A stretch of 64,000 bases of DNA from an uncultured Nitrososphaerota archaeon (lineage in GTDB: Archaea; Thermoproteota; Nitrososphaeria; Nitrososphaerales; Gagatemarchaeaceae), in assembly GCA_963838925.1 (NCBI GenBank), contig CAWISW010000002.1, positions 1 to 64,000 on the forward strand. Direction: 5' to 3'. Shown here in pieces: positions 17,733 to 27,154 of this stretch. Made by a program: the position numbers and the translations under genes. Each line of letters begins with the position of its first letter. Position 1 is the stretch's first letter. The notes below the pieces were generated by a model. It did no database searches. It was not told the origin of the DNA and worked only from the letters and a program-made list of their open reading frames with translations.

Positions 17733-18452
17733 ATGGGAAGCGAGACGGGTAGCACGCACGTCGGAGTCTCTGGCTTCAGCTACGCAAGCTGGAGGGGACG
17801 GTTCTACCCGAAGGAGATGAAGAGCGAAGAATTCCTGGCGTATTATTCTCTGCATCTGGACAGCACCGAGGTCAACAGTTCCTTCTACGCTTCGCCAAAG
17901 CCCGACGTCGTGAAGGGCTGGGGGTCGAAGACGAACGAAGGCTTCAGGTTCTCCTTCAAGGCGCCCAGGCAGATCACGCACATTCTGAAGCTTGGCAACG
18001 GGTCGTCTGAGGCTGCCGAAAGGCTCTCGAGAGTGTTGGACCTGCTAGGTCCGAGGCGAGGTCCTGTCTTGTTCCAGCTTCCGCCCTTCTCCAAGCAAGA
18101 CCTCGACTTGCTCGAAAAGTTCCTATCCGAGACCTCGAGCGTCGAGAGCCGGGTCTTTGAGTTCAGGCACGAATCGTGGCTCCAGGATTCCACCTATCGC
18201 CTGCTCGAAAAGCACGGGACGGGCTTTTGCATCGCGGAGACCGAGGACATGAAGCCCGTGTTCCAGGTCACCGGGGGCTTTGCCTACTTCAGGCTGAGAA
18301 AGGACTCGTACGATGCAAAGGCGATCGACCGCTGGGCAAAGAAGATTCGCGAGACGGCCGGAGACTCACGGGAGTGCTACGCCTATCTGCGACACGACGA
18401 AACGGGGGAAAACGCCGTCCTCGCTCAGAGGCTCTCAAAGCAGATGGCGTAG
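17733..18452 (+). CDS. DUF72 family protein
   Basis: GVSGFSYASW, EVNSSFY, FSFKAP, LFQLPP, FEFRHESW. Confidence 0.92.
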   Translation: MGSETGSTHVGVSGFSYASWRGRFYPKEMKSEEFLAYYSLHLDSTEVNSSFYASPKPDVVKGWGSKTNEGFRFSFKAPRQITHILKLGNGSSEAAERLSRVLDLLGPRRGPVLFQLPPFSKQDLDLLEKFLSETSSVESRVFEFRHESWLQDSTYRLLEKHGTGFCIAETEDMKPVFQVTGGFAYFRLRKDSYDAKAIDRWAKKIRETAGDSRECYAYLRHDETGENAVLAQRLSKQMA

Positions 18453-18466
18453 CCTCTCCGAGAAGA

Positions 18467-18814
18467 TCATCCGGCGCTGGCCAACGGGTGCTTTGGCTGA
18501 TAGATGCCGAGTTTCCCTCCCCCTGGCAGCTTGATCTTGGCCAACACGCCCCATCCTAGGTCTACGGGCGCCGAGCACTTCACCTTCTTCTGCTTGAGCT
18601 CCCGGACGGTCGCTTTGATGTCGTCGCACATCAGATACAACTCGTGGGGGCCGTTCTTCTTTGCAGGGTGGAATGCCAGCTCGGCAGGTGGCAAGGCGAA
18701 GATGAGCCAACCTTCGCCCGCGTCGACGTTCGGAAACCTCAGCACTTTGCGGAAGAGGTCTCGGTCTGCCTCCGCATCCTTGCTGTACACGACGACGTGC
18801 GCTCCGGTTATCAA
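18467..18814 (-). CDS. VOC/glyoxalase family protein
   Basis: GAHVVVYS..GWLIFALPPAELAFHP..GWG..YQPKH. Confidence 0.88.
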   Translation of the reverse strand: MITGAHVVVYSKDAEADRDLFRKVLRFPNVDAGEGWLIFALPPAELAFHPAKKNGPHELYLMCDDIKATVRELKQKKVKCSAPVDLGWGVLAKIKLPGGGKLGIYQPKHPLASAG

Positions 18815-18898
18815 GTCAGGTCGGGATTTGGAAGGGTTTCTCTAAAAGGGCGAGTGCGTGCTGGAACCTAAATAGCAAACCGGCGTGAACGGCCGGGG

Positions 18899-19765
18899 TT
18901 GAGCTCGAGCGACGCCGTCGGCATGAAGGGCAAGGTTTGCATCGTGACGGGAGCGAGCTCCGGCATCGGCAGGGCAACGGCAGTGGCCCTGGCTGCGTCG
19001 GGCGCGACCTTGGTGATGGTCTGTCGCGACAAGACCCGAGGCGGCGCCGCGCAAAGCCGGGTTGTGTCGCAAACGGGGAACCGATCAGTCGACCTGATGA
19101 CCGCCGACCTGTCCTCGCTCGCGTCCGTCCGCTCGCTGGCAACGGAGTTCATCGCCAAGTATCCCAGATTGGACGTCCTGGTCAACAACGCCGCGACTTT
19201 CGCCAGCAAGCGCATCGTCACGTCCGACGGTCTCGAGCTCATGTTCGCCACCAACTACCTAGGCCCGTTCCTCCTGACGCGCCTCTTGATTCCGACCCTC
19301 GAGGCGTCGAGGCCGTCTCGAGTCATCAACGTCAGCGCACCGTCGTCGATGATGCCTGACTTCGACGACCTTCAGGGGGAGCGAAAGTTCGCGCCCATCA
19401 TGGCGTTCGGGGCGTCGAAGGCCGCAGATCTGCTCTTCACCTACGCCCTGGCCCGCAGGCTCGAGGGGAGAGGCGTGACTGTCAACGCGTATCATCCGGG
19501 GCTGGTCAGGACGAGCCTGCTTCGCGGAGCGCCCGTCCCAGTCCGAATCGTCTCGAGCGTCCTGAATGTCTTCATGGGCGTCTCGCCGAAACGCGCTTCG
19601 AAGGGGCTCGCGGAGCTAGCATCTTCGGCGCAATTCGTGGGCACCACGGGTGGACTGATCCGCAATGGGAAGACCATGAAGGCTCCCTTCAGCACGGACA
19701 TCGACGCCCAGGACAAGCTCTGGCAGGTCAGCTGCGGTCTCGCCGCGCTCCCCGACGCGGCCTGA
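18899..19765 (+). CDS. short-chain dehydrogenase/reductase (retinol dehydrogenase-like)
   Basis: TGASSGIG, NNA, NYLGPFLLT; catalytic YxxxK appears as FGASK. Confidence 0.88.
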   Translation: MSSSDAVGMKGKVCIVTGASSGIGRATAVALAASGATLVMVCRDKTRGGAAQSRVVSQTGNRSVDLMTADLSSLASVRSLATEFIAKYPRLDVLVNNAATFASKRIVTSDGLELMFATNYLGPFLLTRLLIPTLEASRPSRVINVSAPSSMMPDFDDLQGERKFAPIMAFGASKAADLLFTYALARRLEGRGVTVNAYHPGLVRTSLLRGAPVPVRIVSSVLNVFMGVSPKRASKGLAELASSAQFVGTTGGLIRNGKTMKAPFSTDIDAQDKLWQVSCGLAALPDAA

Positions 19766-19871
19766 GGCCCGGCTGTCAACGTGAAGCCGACCTGACGCGG
19801 CCCTTAGCGTCTTGCTGCCGATTCACATATGAGCACGCTCGGCATCGGCGGCGGGCAAGCGGCGGGAGGGC

Positions 19872-20507
19872 CTACGTAACGGTCGCGATGTCAGCTCTGA
19901 GCCGGGCGAGGGTCGTAAACTTGAACGCCCAGCGGATCCCGAACTCCTTTGCTCCGGTGACGTTCTCCTCCTTGTCGTCTATGAAGACTACCTCGGACGG
20001 CGACGCCTTGACCTGCTCCAGCGCCCTCGCGAACGCCGTGGCGCTGGGCTTCATGCTGCCGAGCTCGCATGAGGAGACGAACCCGTCGAAGAGCTTGTCC
20101 CATTGCCTTCTTCTCAGGAGCTTGACGTGCGGAGACGAGGTGTTGGAGAAGAGGAAGACGCGGTATCCCTTCCTCCTGAGCGACTCCACGATCCTCAGCG
20201 TCCCCGTCCGGAATCTCACTAGCCGCTCGAACGGGACGGTCCAGAGCTCGTCCGGGGAGTCGCCCTCTCTCAGGCTCTCTCCGAACTTGCCAAGGGACTC
20301 CTCGAGGAGCTCCCTTATCGAGACCTCGCCCGACTCGAGTCTAGGAAGGCCACTCTCAAGGGCCTTCCTCATCTTCTCGCGCGGCACCCCGTATCGCTTG
20401 GCGACGTAGTCGAAGATCGGGTTGTTGTTCTTCCACTTTATCACCACCCCTCCGAAGTCGAAGATGAAGACGGGGCGCCCTTCGAGGCCGCCCTTCTTGG
20501 AGACCAT
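19872..20507 (-). CDS. HAD family phosphatase
   Basis: FDFGGV, FSNT, KP, FIDD motifs. Confidence 0.9.
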   Translation of the reverse strand: MVSKKGGLEGRPVFIFDFGGVVIKWKNNNPIFDYVAKRYGVPREKMRKALESGLPRLESGEVSIRELLEESLGKFGESLREGDSPDELWTVPFERLVRFRTGTLRIVESLRRKGYRVFLFSNTSSPHVKLLRRRQWDKLFDGFVSSCELGSMKPSATAFARALEQVKASPSEVVFIDDKEENVTGAKEFGIRWAFKFTTLARLRADIATVT

Positions 20508-20646
20508 CCGCCCCCGCCCCGTGAAGGGCGGTTATAGTCTCCACGGCGCCCTTTTCGACATATTCCTAAATTGCTCAAGATGAGTGATTGATTATTATTA
20601 TTTTATTCCTAGCGCTTAAATTGCGCTAGAAAACTGGGAGTTCTGT

Positions 20647-22035
20647 TTGAACAGCAGAAACGTCGCGATTGCGGCCGTAGCGGTGTTAGCGATTCTAGGG
20701 ATTAGCGTCTTCATACTGGCGACGCCGGGTGCCCAGAGCACCACCAGCACGCTTTCCTCTACGGGCACGCCCAGCCATTCGAGCTCTTCGAGTTCCACAT
20801 CCGCGCCCAGCTCCTCCTCGAGCTCCGCGACGTCTTCGAGTCCCACGACCGCGCCAAGCTCCTCCTCGACCAGTAGCTCCTCTTCGACGACTCCGAGCAC
20901 AACATCTAGCTCCTCTAGCTCGTCGAGCTCCTCCAGCTCTCCCAGCCCTTCTGTCTCTTCAAGCTCCTCGACCAGCTCGAGCGGCACCAGCGGCTACTTC
21001 TTCCTGGTCTTCACGCAGAAGGGAATCACGGAGCTCACATCGACCGACGGCTCGGTCTTGGGATACGCACGGCTCTTCAACATCAGCGACAGCGTCCCGA
21101 CACAGACCTTCTACTGGGAAGGGTATCCTGTCCAGGGCGCAGCCCGGTCTAACTTCCTCGTGCCGCTCAACAACGGGACCATCGAGGTTGTCGACTCGAC
21201 CCTCCTTACTGTCACGGGAAGGATCAGCGTGGGCACTGCGACCGGGTTCATAGGGGTCGCGGTCTCGCCCGACGAGAAGTACGCTGCGATAGCCGACGGG
21301 CCTTCCGGGATAGTAGAGGTGGTCCAGCTGGCCCCGCTCCAGACTGTGTGGAAGCAGGTCTTCAACCAGCCGAGCGGCGCGACCGCCTTCCCGTGCGACA
21401 TCAGATGGGCCCCTAACCAGAACACCGTCGTAGTCCCCATGAAGAACAACGGCACGGTGGACTCGATAAGCGCGACCACCGGTGCGATCGTCGCGAGCGC
21501 GGCCCTTCCAATCGCCTCGCAGCCGTTCATGCTCTCCGTGAACTCCCAAGGCACGATGCTGGGGGTCGAGCTCTCAGGAAACAAGACGGACGTCTTCTAC
21601 TCGTATCCTTCGCTCACTTCACTGGGCCACACGAGCTTCCCGATATCGACGTTCACCCCGACGCGCGGGGTCTTCACCCCTGACGGCAAGTACTACCTGG
21701 AGGCCTCCGGCTCGACGAACGTGGTCGAGGTCGTCTCCACCAGCTCCTTCGCTGTAGTCAACACCATCAACCTCCCTCCCTCCGCGTCCCCAGGTCTCGC
21801 AGACATGGAGATAACTCCCGACGGGCTGAACGCGTATGTCGTGATGCACGGAACCCCTACCACGGGCGGGATAATCTATCTCATATCCCTCGCATCAGTG
21901 ACGACGGATACCGGGCCGTCCGCCAGCATACCCCTGACGGTGGCCCCTGCGTTCGCATTACCCATATCGTCACAGTTCGGGACCTATCTCGCGGACAACG
22001 TGCTCTCGCCTCCGGTGACGGGCCTCCATTGCTAG
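20647..22035 (+). CDS. membrane-anchored YncE-like beta-propeller protein
   Basis: N-terminal TM, Ser/Thr linker, repeated SPD/TPDG blade motifs; ends ...GLHC. Confidence 0.8.
   Translation: MNSRNVAIAAVAVLAILGISVFILATPGAQSTTSTLSSTGTPSHSSSSSSTSAPSSSSSSATSSSPTTAPSSSSTSSSSSTTPSTTSSSSSSSSSSSSPSPSVSSSSSTSSSGTSGYFFLVFTQKGITELTSTDGSVLGYARLFNISDSVPTQTFYWEGYPVQGAARSNFLVPLNNGTIEVVDSTLLTVTGRISVGTATGFIGVAVSPDEKYAAIADGPSGIVEVVQLAPLQTVWKQVFNQPSGATAFPCDIRWAPNQNTVVVPMKNNGTVDSISATTGAIVASAALPIASQPFMLSVNSQGTMLGVELSGNKTDVFYSYPSLTSLGHTSFPISTFTPTRGVFTPDGKYYLEASGSTNVVEVVSTSSFAVVNTINLPPSASPGLADMEITPDGLNAYVVMHGTPTTGGIIYLISLASVTTDTGPSASIPLTVAPAFALPISSQFGTYLADNVLSPPVTGLHC
20735..20990 (+). repeat. Ser/Thr low-complexity linker (tcc/tcg/agc-rich)
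   Basis: About 85 codons, mostly S/T/P. Confidence 0.8.
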
Positions 22036-22048
22036 GCGGAGAGGCCCG

Positions 22049-22959
22049 TTGAAGGCGCTCCACCCGATCATCTTCCTGCTTCTTTTCTTCAACGTCACCG
22101 CGCTCGCCCCCGTGATCACGACGGGGCTCAGGATCACCGACATCTGGTACACCCCGATGGCCACGACGGGCCAGGCCTCGTTCTTCTATCCGTTCCTCGA
22201 GTTCGTCGCGGCCTGCGTCGCGGTGAACGCCCTCGCCGTGCTCGCGCTCCGGAGGCTGGACTGGAGCAGGTTCATCTCTCTTGACGGGGACATCGGCATA
22301 AGGTCGATAGTCCGCGGGGTCCTCGCAGACAGGCTGGGGAGGGCGATACTGCTGGCCTTCGCCCCGATCTACTTCCTCTCGTACCTCGTGAGCAGCGGGC
22401 TCCTGCTCGTCCCCGACGTCAATATCAGCTCGTACTTCGTGCCGGTGACGCGCATCTCCTACCAGGCAGCGGGGGTCCCGATGATGGGCCCCCTCGCGGT
22501 CAACCTGGACATCCTCGCCGTGGGAGTCGTCGACCTCATCCTCCTCTCTTGGCCCTCGTCCTGGGGTACTACGTGGCGAACCTCGTCTACGTCTCACAGG
22601 CGAGCAGGGACATGGGCGTCCCTGGGTCGATGCGAATGATGGCGACCCAGACGGCCGGCGGATTCCTCGCGACTTCAGTGCCTGCGCTCGCGACATCGGC
22701 TGCCATCTGCTGCCTGACCCCCACGGGAGTGAACTCGCTCTTGTACCTCGTCTCTGCCTCGACCTCGGTCCTGAGCAAGAAGATCGTCTTCGGATATGGG
22801 ACCATCACGGGCGTCTTCTGGGCGACCGGCGTGCTGCAGGGGATCGAGCTCTTCTCGACAACGGTGCTAGGCGTCGCCCTCCTCGGGCTCTCGTTCTACC
22901 AGGTCAGGCAGATAGCAAGGACCGTCTCACAGCGCAGGGTCATCTCACTAAAGTCCTAG
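22049..22959 (+). pseudogene. polytopic membrane protein split by one frameshift near 22547
   Basis: Hydrophobic ORF 22049-22639 continues as LILLS/LALVLGYY into ORF 22549-22959. Confidence 0.7.
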
Positions 22960-22974
22960 TCTCTCGCCCGAGCC

Positions 22975-23622
22975 CTACTCGGAGGCCTCGAGCACCTTCA
23001 GAGCGAAGGCCCTCTCGCCTGGGGCCCCGTCGAATCGCACCCTGTCGTTGATGACCGTTCTCGGAACCCCCACCACGCCGTATCTCCTCGAGAGGTCTGG
23101 GAACTCCACTGTCTCGATCATGAACGCGCGTATCATTGGGTTCTCGATGGCGAACCTGTGGGCGGAGCGCACCACCAGCGGCGAGTACGGGCAGACCGGG
23201 GTGACGAAGACCTTGATGACGGTGGGCGCCTTCACGCGCCTAATCGCGTCCCTCGTCTCCTGGTCCATCTCCGACCGTCCCCTCGACGCGTCGACCAAGT
23301 CTTCCACCAGGCTCCTCAGCTGCCTGCCTGCGGGCATCCCCACGTAGTGCAGCTTCGCGCCGTTGGATGCGATGATGACGGTAGTAGGCGCCATCTCGAC
23401 CTCCATGGAATCGGCCGTCGCGCGCTCAACTTCCTTGTCTAGGACTTTGAGCTTGACCTTGTCAGAGAGGGCGGCTATCTCCTCGAGCAGCTGCTCGGTC
23501 TGGGCGCAGTACTCGCACCCGACCTTCGAGGTGAAGAGGAGGACCTTGACCTCTCCCTCGAGACCCGAGCGGAACAGCCTCTGGATCTCAGCGACGTCCT
23601 CCTTCCCCAGCAGGGCGGTCAC
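22975..23622 (-). CDS. protein disulfide oxidoreductase (glutaredoxin-like, AhpF-NTD type)
   Basis: Two thioredoxin folds; CEYC and CPYS; GVPRTVIN. Confidence 0.85.
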   Translation of the reverse strand: MTALLGKEDVAEIQRLFRSGLEGEVKVLLFTSKVGCEYCAQTEQLLEEIAALSDKVKLKVLDKEVERATADSMEVEMAPTTVIIASNGAKLHYVGMPAGRQLRSLVEDLVDASRGRSEMDQETRDAIRRVKAPTVIKVFVTPVCPYSPLVVRSAHRFAIENPMIRAFMIETVEFPDLSRRYGVVGVPRTVINDRVRFDGAPGERAFALKVLEASE

Positions 23623-23676
23623 GCCCTACCGCCGGCGATGCCGGCGCGTGATATGTGTATCGCGGAGTCTGCTCGC

Positions 23677-24357
23677 TCAGGCGGTGTGGCTCAGCACCGC
23701 TTTCACCCTGTGGTCGATCGCGGCAATCTTCTCCAGGCGGTCCACGAAGGCGCCCAGCTTCTTGGCGTTGAGCGTCACCACTATCTCGGACTCTGGGTAT
23801 CCCGACCTCGTCCTGCTGGCGGTGCAACCGAGCCCGATGACGACGTCGCCCTCGTTGGCTAGTGGGAGGCCCTGGCATGTGGGCTTCACAGTCACCTTGC
23901 TGTCGGGCGCTGCCTCCTTGATCAGCGCGGCCTGCTGAGAGTCGGCGAACAGCAGGACTACGTCCGGGACGAATGGCGCCTTGTCGAGGGGGGCGTACCC
24001 GATGTTCCGCTTCGCCTCGAGGGGAAGCGCCGGCAGGCCGAGGATGTCGCTCTTCCCAATCCAGCCCACGCTCGTGAGCAGGTCGATGTCGGCCAACCCG
24101 GCGCCCGGCAGCGTGTCCTTCGCCAGCCGATAACCGTGGGTGACCGCGCCGACGGAGCAGTGCTGGTGCTGGTCGGGAGTAGTGTAGAAGGCGCTGTCGA
24201 GCGCCTTGGTCCAGAAGACGCAGCTCGACTCGACCACGTCGGTGGACTTTCTCAGCTTCGTCACGTCAGGCTTGAACGTGACCGCCACAATTGGCTTCGA
24301 GAGCCCAAGGGCAGTCTCGAGCCTCTTTCCGAGACCGTTAAACTCAGAGGTAGACAA
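23677..24357 (-). CDS. DUF169 family protein
   Basis: SSCVFW, HCSVGAVTHG, PDVVL, KPTC, LGCTASR. Confidence 0.8.
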   Translation of the reverse strand: MSTSEFNGLGKRLETALGLSKPIVAVTFKPDVTKLRKSTDVVESSCVFWTKALDSAFYTTPDQHQHCSVGAVTHGYRLAKDTLPGAGLADIDLLTSVGWIGKSDILGLPALPLEAKRNIGYAPLDKAPFVPDVVLLFADSQQAALIKEAAPDSKVTVKPTCQGLPLANEGDVVIGLGCTASRTRSGYPESEIVVTLNAKKLGAFVDRLEKIAAIDHRVKAVLSHTA

Positions 24358-24410
24358 GCTGAGACGCACACCGTCTCGAGAAGGTATTAACCTTGAGGAA
24401 TTCTCTATTC

Positions 24411-25118
24411 CTATCGGCCCTGAGACCGGCCGCGGCCCTCGCCGACCTGCCTGATGTACTCGGTCACGACGAGCTTCTCGATGGCCCTCCCCGACCTGAA
24501 CGCCTCGGGCGCGGCGCGTATCCGCTCCTCCGCCCTCGCCGGGTCGATCCTCTTCTCGGCGCACTTCATCTTGGCAACCTCGATGGCAGTATGCTGGTCG
24601 ATGGGCGGAAACTCGATGGGGAAGAGCCTGTCCTTCAGCGCGCTGTCAAGGAGCTGGAACTTGTTGGTCGTCATGATGAGCGCCGTCTGCGATGTGTCCA
24701 GCTCGTCTATCTGGTGGAAGAGGATGTTGTTCTGGGCGACGTGCCAGCTCTCCCCCTTCATCCAGTCCCTGTCCGGGAAAACGGACTCCGCGTCGTCTAT
24801 GAGTATCAGCGACCGCTTCTTGCGCGCCATCGCAAAGACCTTCACTATCTGACGCTCCGACTGGCCGTAGAGCTCCCTCGCGATCACGGAACCGTCGACG
24901 AAGAAGAGCGAGAGCTGGAGCTCCTTCGCCAGGACCTTCGCCATCAATGTCTTGCCGTTTCCCGGCTCGCCGTAGAAGATGAACCCCTTGATCCCCTTCA
25001 GCGAGCCGTTCCCCAGCTGGTGCGCGATGACGTTCCGGACCTCAGAGTATACCCTGTTGAATTCTTCTCCCTTGCAGCCTGAGAGCGACTCCGGGATGTC
25101 CCTCCACGCGGTCTCCAT
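24411..25118 (-). CDS. stand-alone AAA+ ATPase
   Basis: GEPGNGKT Walker A, LIDDAE Walker B, TTN..LDSALKDR SRH. Confidence 0.88.
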   Translation of the reverse strand: METAWRDIPESLSGCKGEEFNRVYSEVRNVIAHQLGNGSLKGIKGFIFYGEPGNGKTLMAKVLAKELQLSLFFVDGSVIARELYGQSERQIVKVFAMARKKRSLILIDDAESVFPDRDWMKGESWHVAQNNILFHQIDELDTSQTALIMTTNKFQLLDSALKDRLFPIEFPPIDQHTAIEVAKMKCAEKRIDPARAEERIRAAPEAFRSGRAIEKLVVTEYIRQVGEGRGRSQGR

Positions 25119-25323
25119 GCTGTCTCGTTTGGAGTTTGAGTCGGTTCGCGTCGCGGGTCGACCTCAAGGGTGCTCACGCCCCGTGGCCGATATAAGGGAT
25201 GGCAAGGAAGATCCGGCGCCACGGCAGCGCCCTGGGGGTTATTCCCCCCAAGGCAAGTTCTATGAAGGACGGCATTAACCTAAGAATATTTATTAGCCCG
25301 CCGGCCGCCGCGTCTGATTCGTC

Positions 25324-25587
25324 TTGTCTGTGTCCTCGGAGCCGGCGCGGCCCGTCTGGGCGAAGGCCGACCTGTCGGTGGACGTGCGCGGCGAGAGCTG
25401 CCCCATCCCCGAGCTGACGGCCGCCAAGAAGCTCAAGGAGCTGCCGCCTGCCAAGGTCCTCGAAGTCCTTACCGACCACCAGGCGTCCGTGGACGTGACT
25501 CTGCCCGACCTCGCAAGGGGGATGGGCTACGCCTTCTACTCGGAGAAGAGCGGAGACCTTTATCGAGTCTTCATCGCAAAGCGGTGA
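25324..25587 (+). CDS. TusA-family sulfur carrier
   Basis: VDVRGESCPIP motif; EVLTD. Confidence 0.9.
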   Translation: MSVSSEPARPVWAKADLSVDVRGESCPIPELTAAKKLKELPPAKVLEVLTDHQASVDVTLPDLARGMGYAFYSEKSGDLYRVFIAKR

Positions 25588-25591
25588 GCCG

Positions 25592-26848
25592 ATGCCCGCG
25601 CCCACGATGTTGCCGGAGCACGTGCTCCCATTCGGTTACGCGTTCGTCTACGCCGCGTTCGGTGCTAGCGGCTTCCTCCTGGGATGGGTGGCGCAGAGGG
25701 GGAACTACTGCTTCGTCAACGCGATGTCCTCCGTCTTCACGACGCGGAGCTACGACCGGTTCGGGGCGCTCCTGATCCTCTTCGGAGTCTCCGCGCTGAT
25801 GACCGGGCTCCTCGTCGTCGCCGGGGTCGTGCCGGCCGTCGACCAATACTACGACAACTACTTCTCGGGCTGGTACATCGTCGTCGGCGCCGTCATCTTC
25901 GGATTCGGCGCGACCATGGCTGGGGGCTGCAACCTCTCGATGCTCTACAGGGCCGCGAGCGGGTATGTCCAGAACTGGCTGGAGCTCGTGGGGATGATGG
26001 TCGGGACGTACATCTTCGCGGTCGCGATATGGCCGTTCCAGTCCTACACGATGGCTAACGGGATCCTTTCCACGAAGCTAGGGGCTTACACAGAGTACCT
26101 TCCCTACGACCTCTTCCACTCGGTCTCTCAGACCTCCGTCGGGGCGGCGGCAGCCCTCCTTGGGATCCCGCTGGTCGCCCTGGGGATCCTGCTCCAGCGG
26201 AGGACTCGCTCGAAGCGCCTCCTCGGCGGCGCCCTGGCGTCGGGGACCGGCATGCGGGTGACCATGGCCGCCCCCTCCTCCGGGCCGGTCGGTCCGCTGC
26301 CCTCGATAGGGCTCCAGGGGACGAGGCTGGGCTTGGCGAACGCGAAGGACATCCTTCTTCTGAGGAGGCCGTACGGCGCGAATCTCTCGACGCTCCTCCT
26401 CGCTGGCACCCTCCTCCTGGTCTTCGTGGCCGGAGCGGGCTACACTTTCAACTATCTCGTGATTACCTCGTCCGACGGCGGAAGGTTCCTCGAGTACATC
26501 CTGATGCCCTTCGGGGTGAACCTCGCGCTGGGGACGCCCTGGTACAACGACGCCCTCCCGATAGTCGACCCCAGCGTACTGATGGTCGTGATGCTCATCG
26601 TCGGAGCGTTCCTGGCCAGCTACCTCAGCGGGGACTTCAAGGTCCGGGTCCCGCGCCAGAAGAAGAGGCTCGCCATCGGGTTCTCGGGCGGGATACTCGT
26701 CGGGATCGGCGTGAGGACCGCGCTGGGCTGCAACGTGGGATTGATGTGGACGAACTTTGCGCAGCTGGGCTACGACGGCATCCTCTTCCTATTCGCGATG
26801 CTGGCAGGCGTTTGGATCGCCGTCAAGGTACAGAGGCGGTTGGTATGA
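25592..26848 (+). CDS. YeeE/YedE (TsuA-like) sulfur-compound transporter
   Basis: QRGNYCF, AGGC, ALGCN: the three conserved Cys motifs. Confidence 0.9.
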   Translation: MPAPTMLPEHVLPFGYAFVYAAFGASGFLLGWVAQRGNYCFVNAMSSVFTTRSYDRFGALLILFGVSALMTGLLVVAGVVPAVDQYYDNYFSGWYIVVGAVIFGFGATMAGGCNLSMLYRAASGYVQNWLELVGMMVGTYIFAVAIWPFQSYTMANGILSTKLGAYTEYLPYDLFHSVSQTSVGAAAALLGIPLVALGILLQRRTRSKRLLGGALASGTGMRVTMAAPSSGPVGPLPSIGLQGTRLGLANAKDILLLRRPYGANLSTLLLAGTLLLVFVAGAGYTFNYLVITSSDGGRFLEYILMPFGVNLALGTPWYNDALPIVDPSVLMVVMLIVGAFLASYLSGDFKVRVPRQKKRLAIGFSGGILVGIGVRTALGCNVGLMWTNFAQLGYDGILFLFAMLAGVWIAVKVQRRLV

Positions 26849-27129
26849 GCGGCGGGGCGACGGCTGAGCGTTTCAGCTATGCGCGGCTCATCGCCCCTAT
26901 CGTGCTAGTGCTCTTCGTCGTGGGCTGGTACCAGTTCTCGGTGGTCTACATACAAGGGGCGGACAACCAGCTAGTGGCCAGCGGCGAACTCGCGGTCTAC
27001 GTCCCCATCCAACAGGTCAGCGGCTACTTGTCCGCGCTTCTCGACGCGACCTACCTCGCTGCGGCCGCCGGGGCGATAACTTTCGCGTACTACCTGACGA
27101 AGCTGCTCCGAACCCAGTCCCGAAAGTAG
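26845..27129 (+). CDS. small 2-TM membrane protein
   Basis: ATGA overlap with the YeeE stop; two hydrophobic segments. Confidence 0.7.
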   Translation: MSGGATAERFSYARLIAPIVLVLFVVGWYQFSVVYIQGADNQLVASGELAVYVPIQQVSGYLSALLDATYLAAAAGAITFAYYLTKLLRTQSRK

Positions 27130-27154
27130 CGAATTCGCCTCTTCGCGGTCTAGC

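Noticed and set aside
20616-20987. Glu/Leu-rich minus-strand ORF
   Set aside because: Antisense of the Ser-rich linker of the beta-propeller gene.
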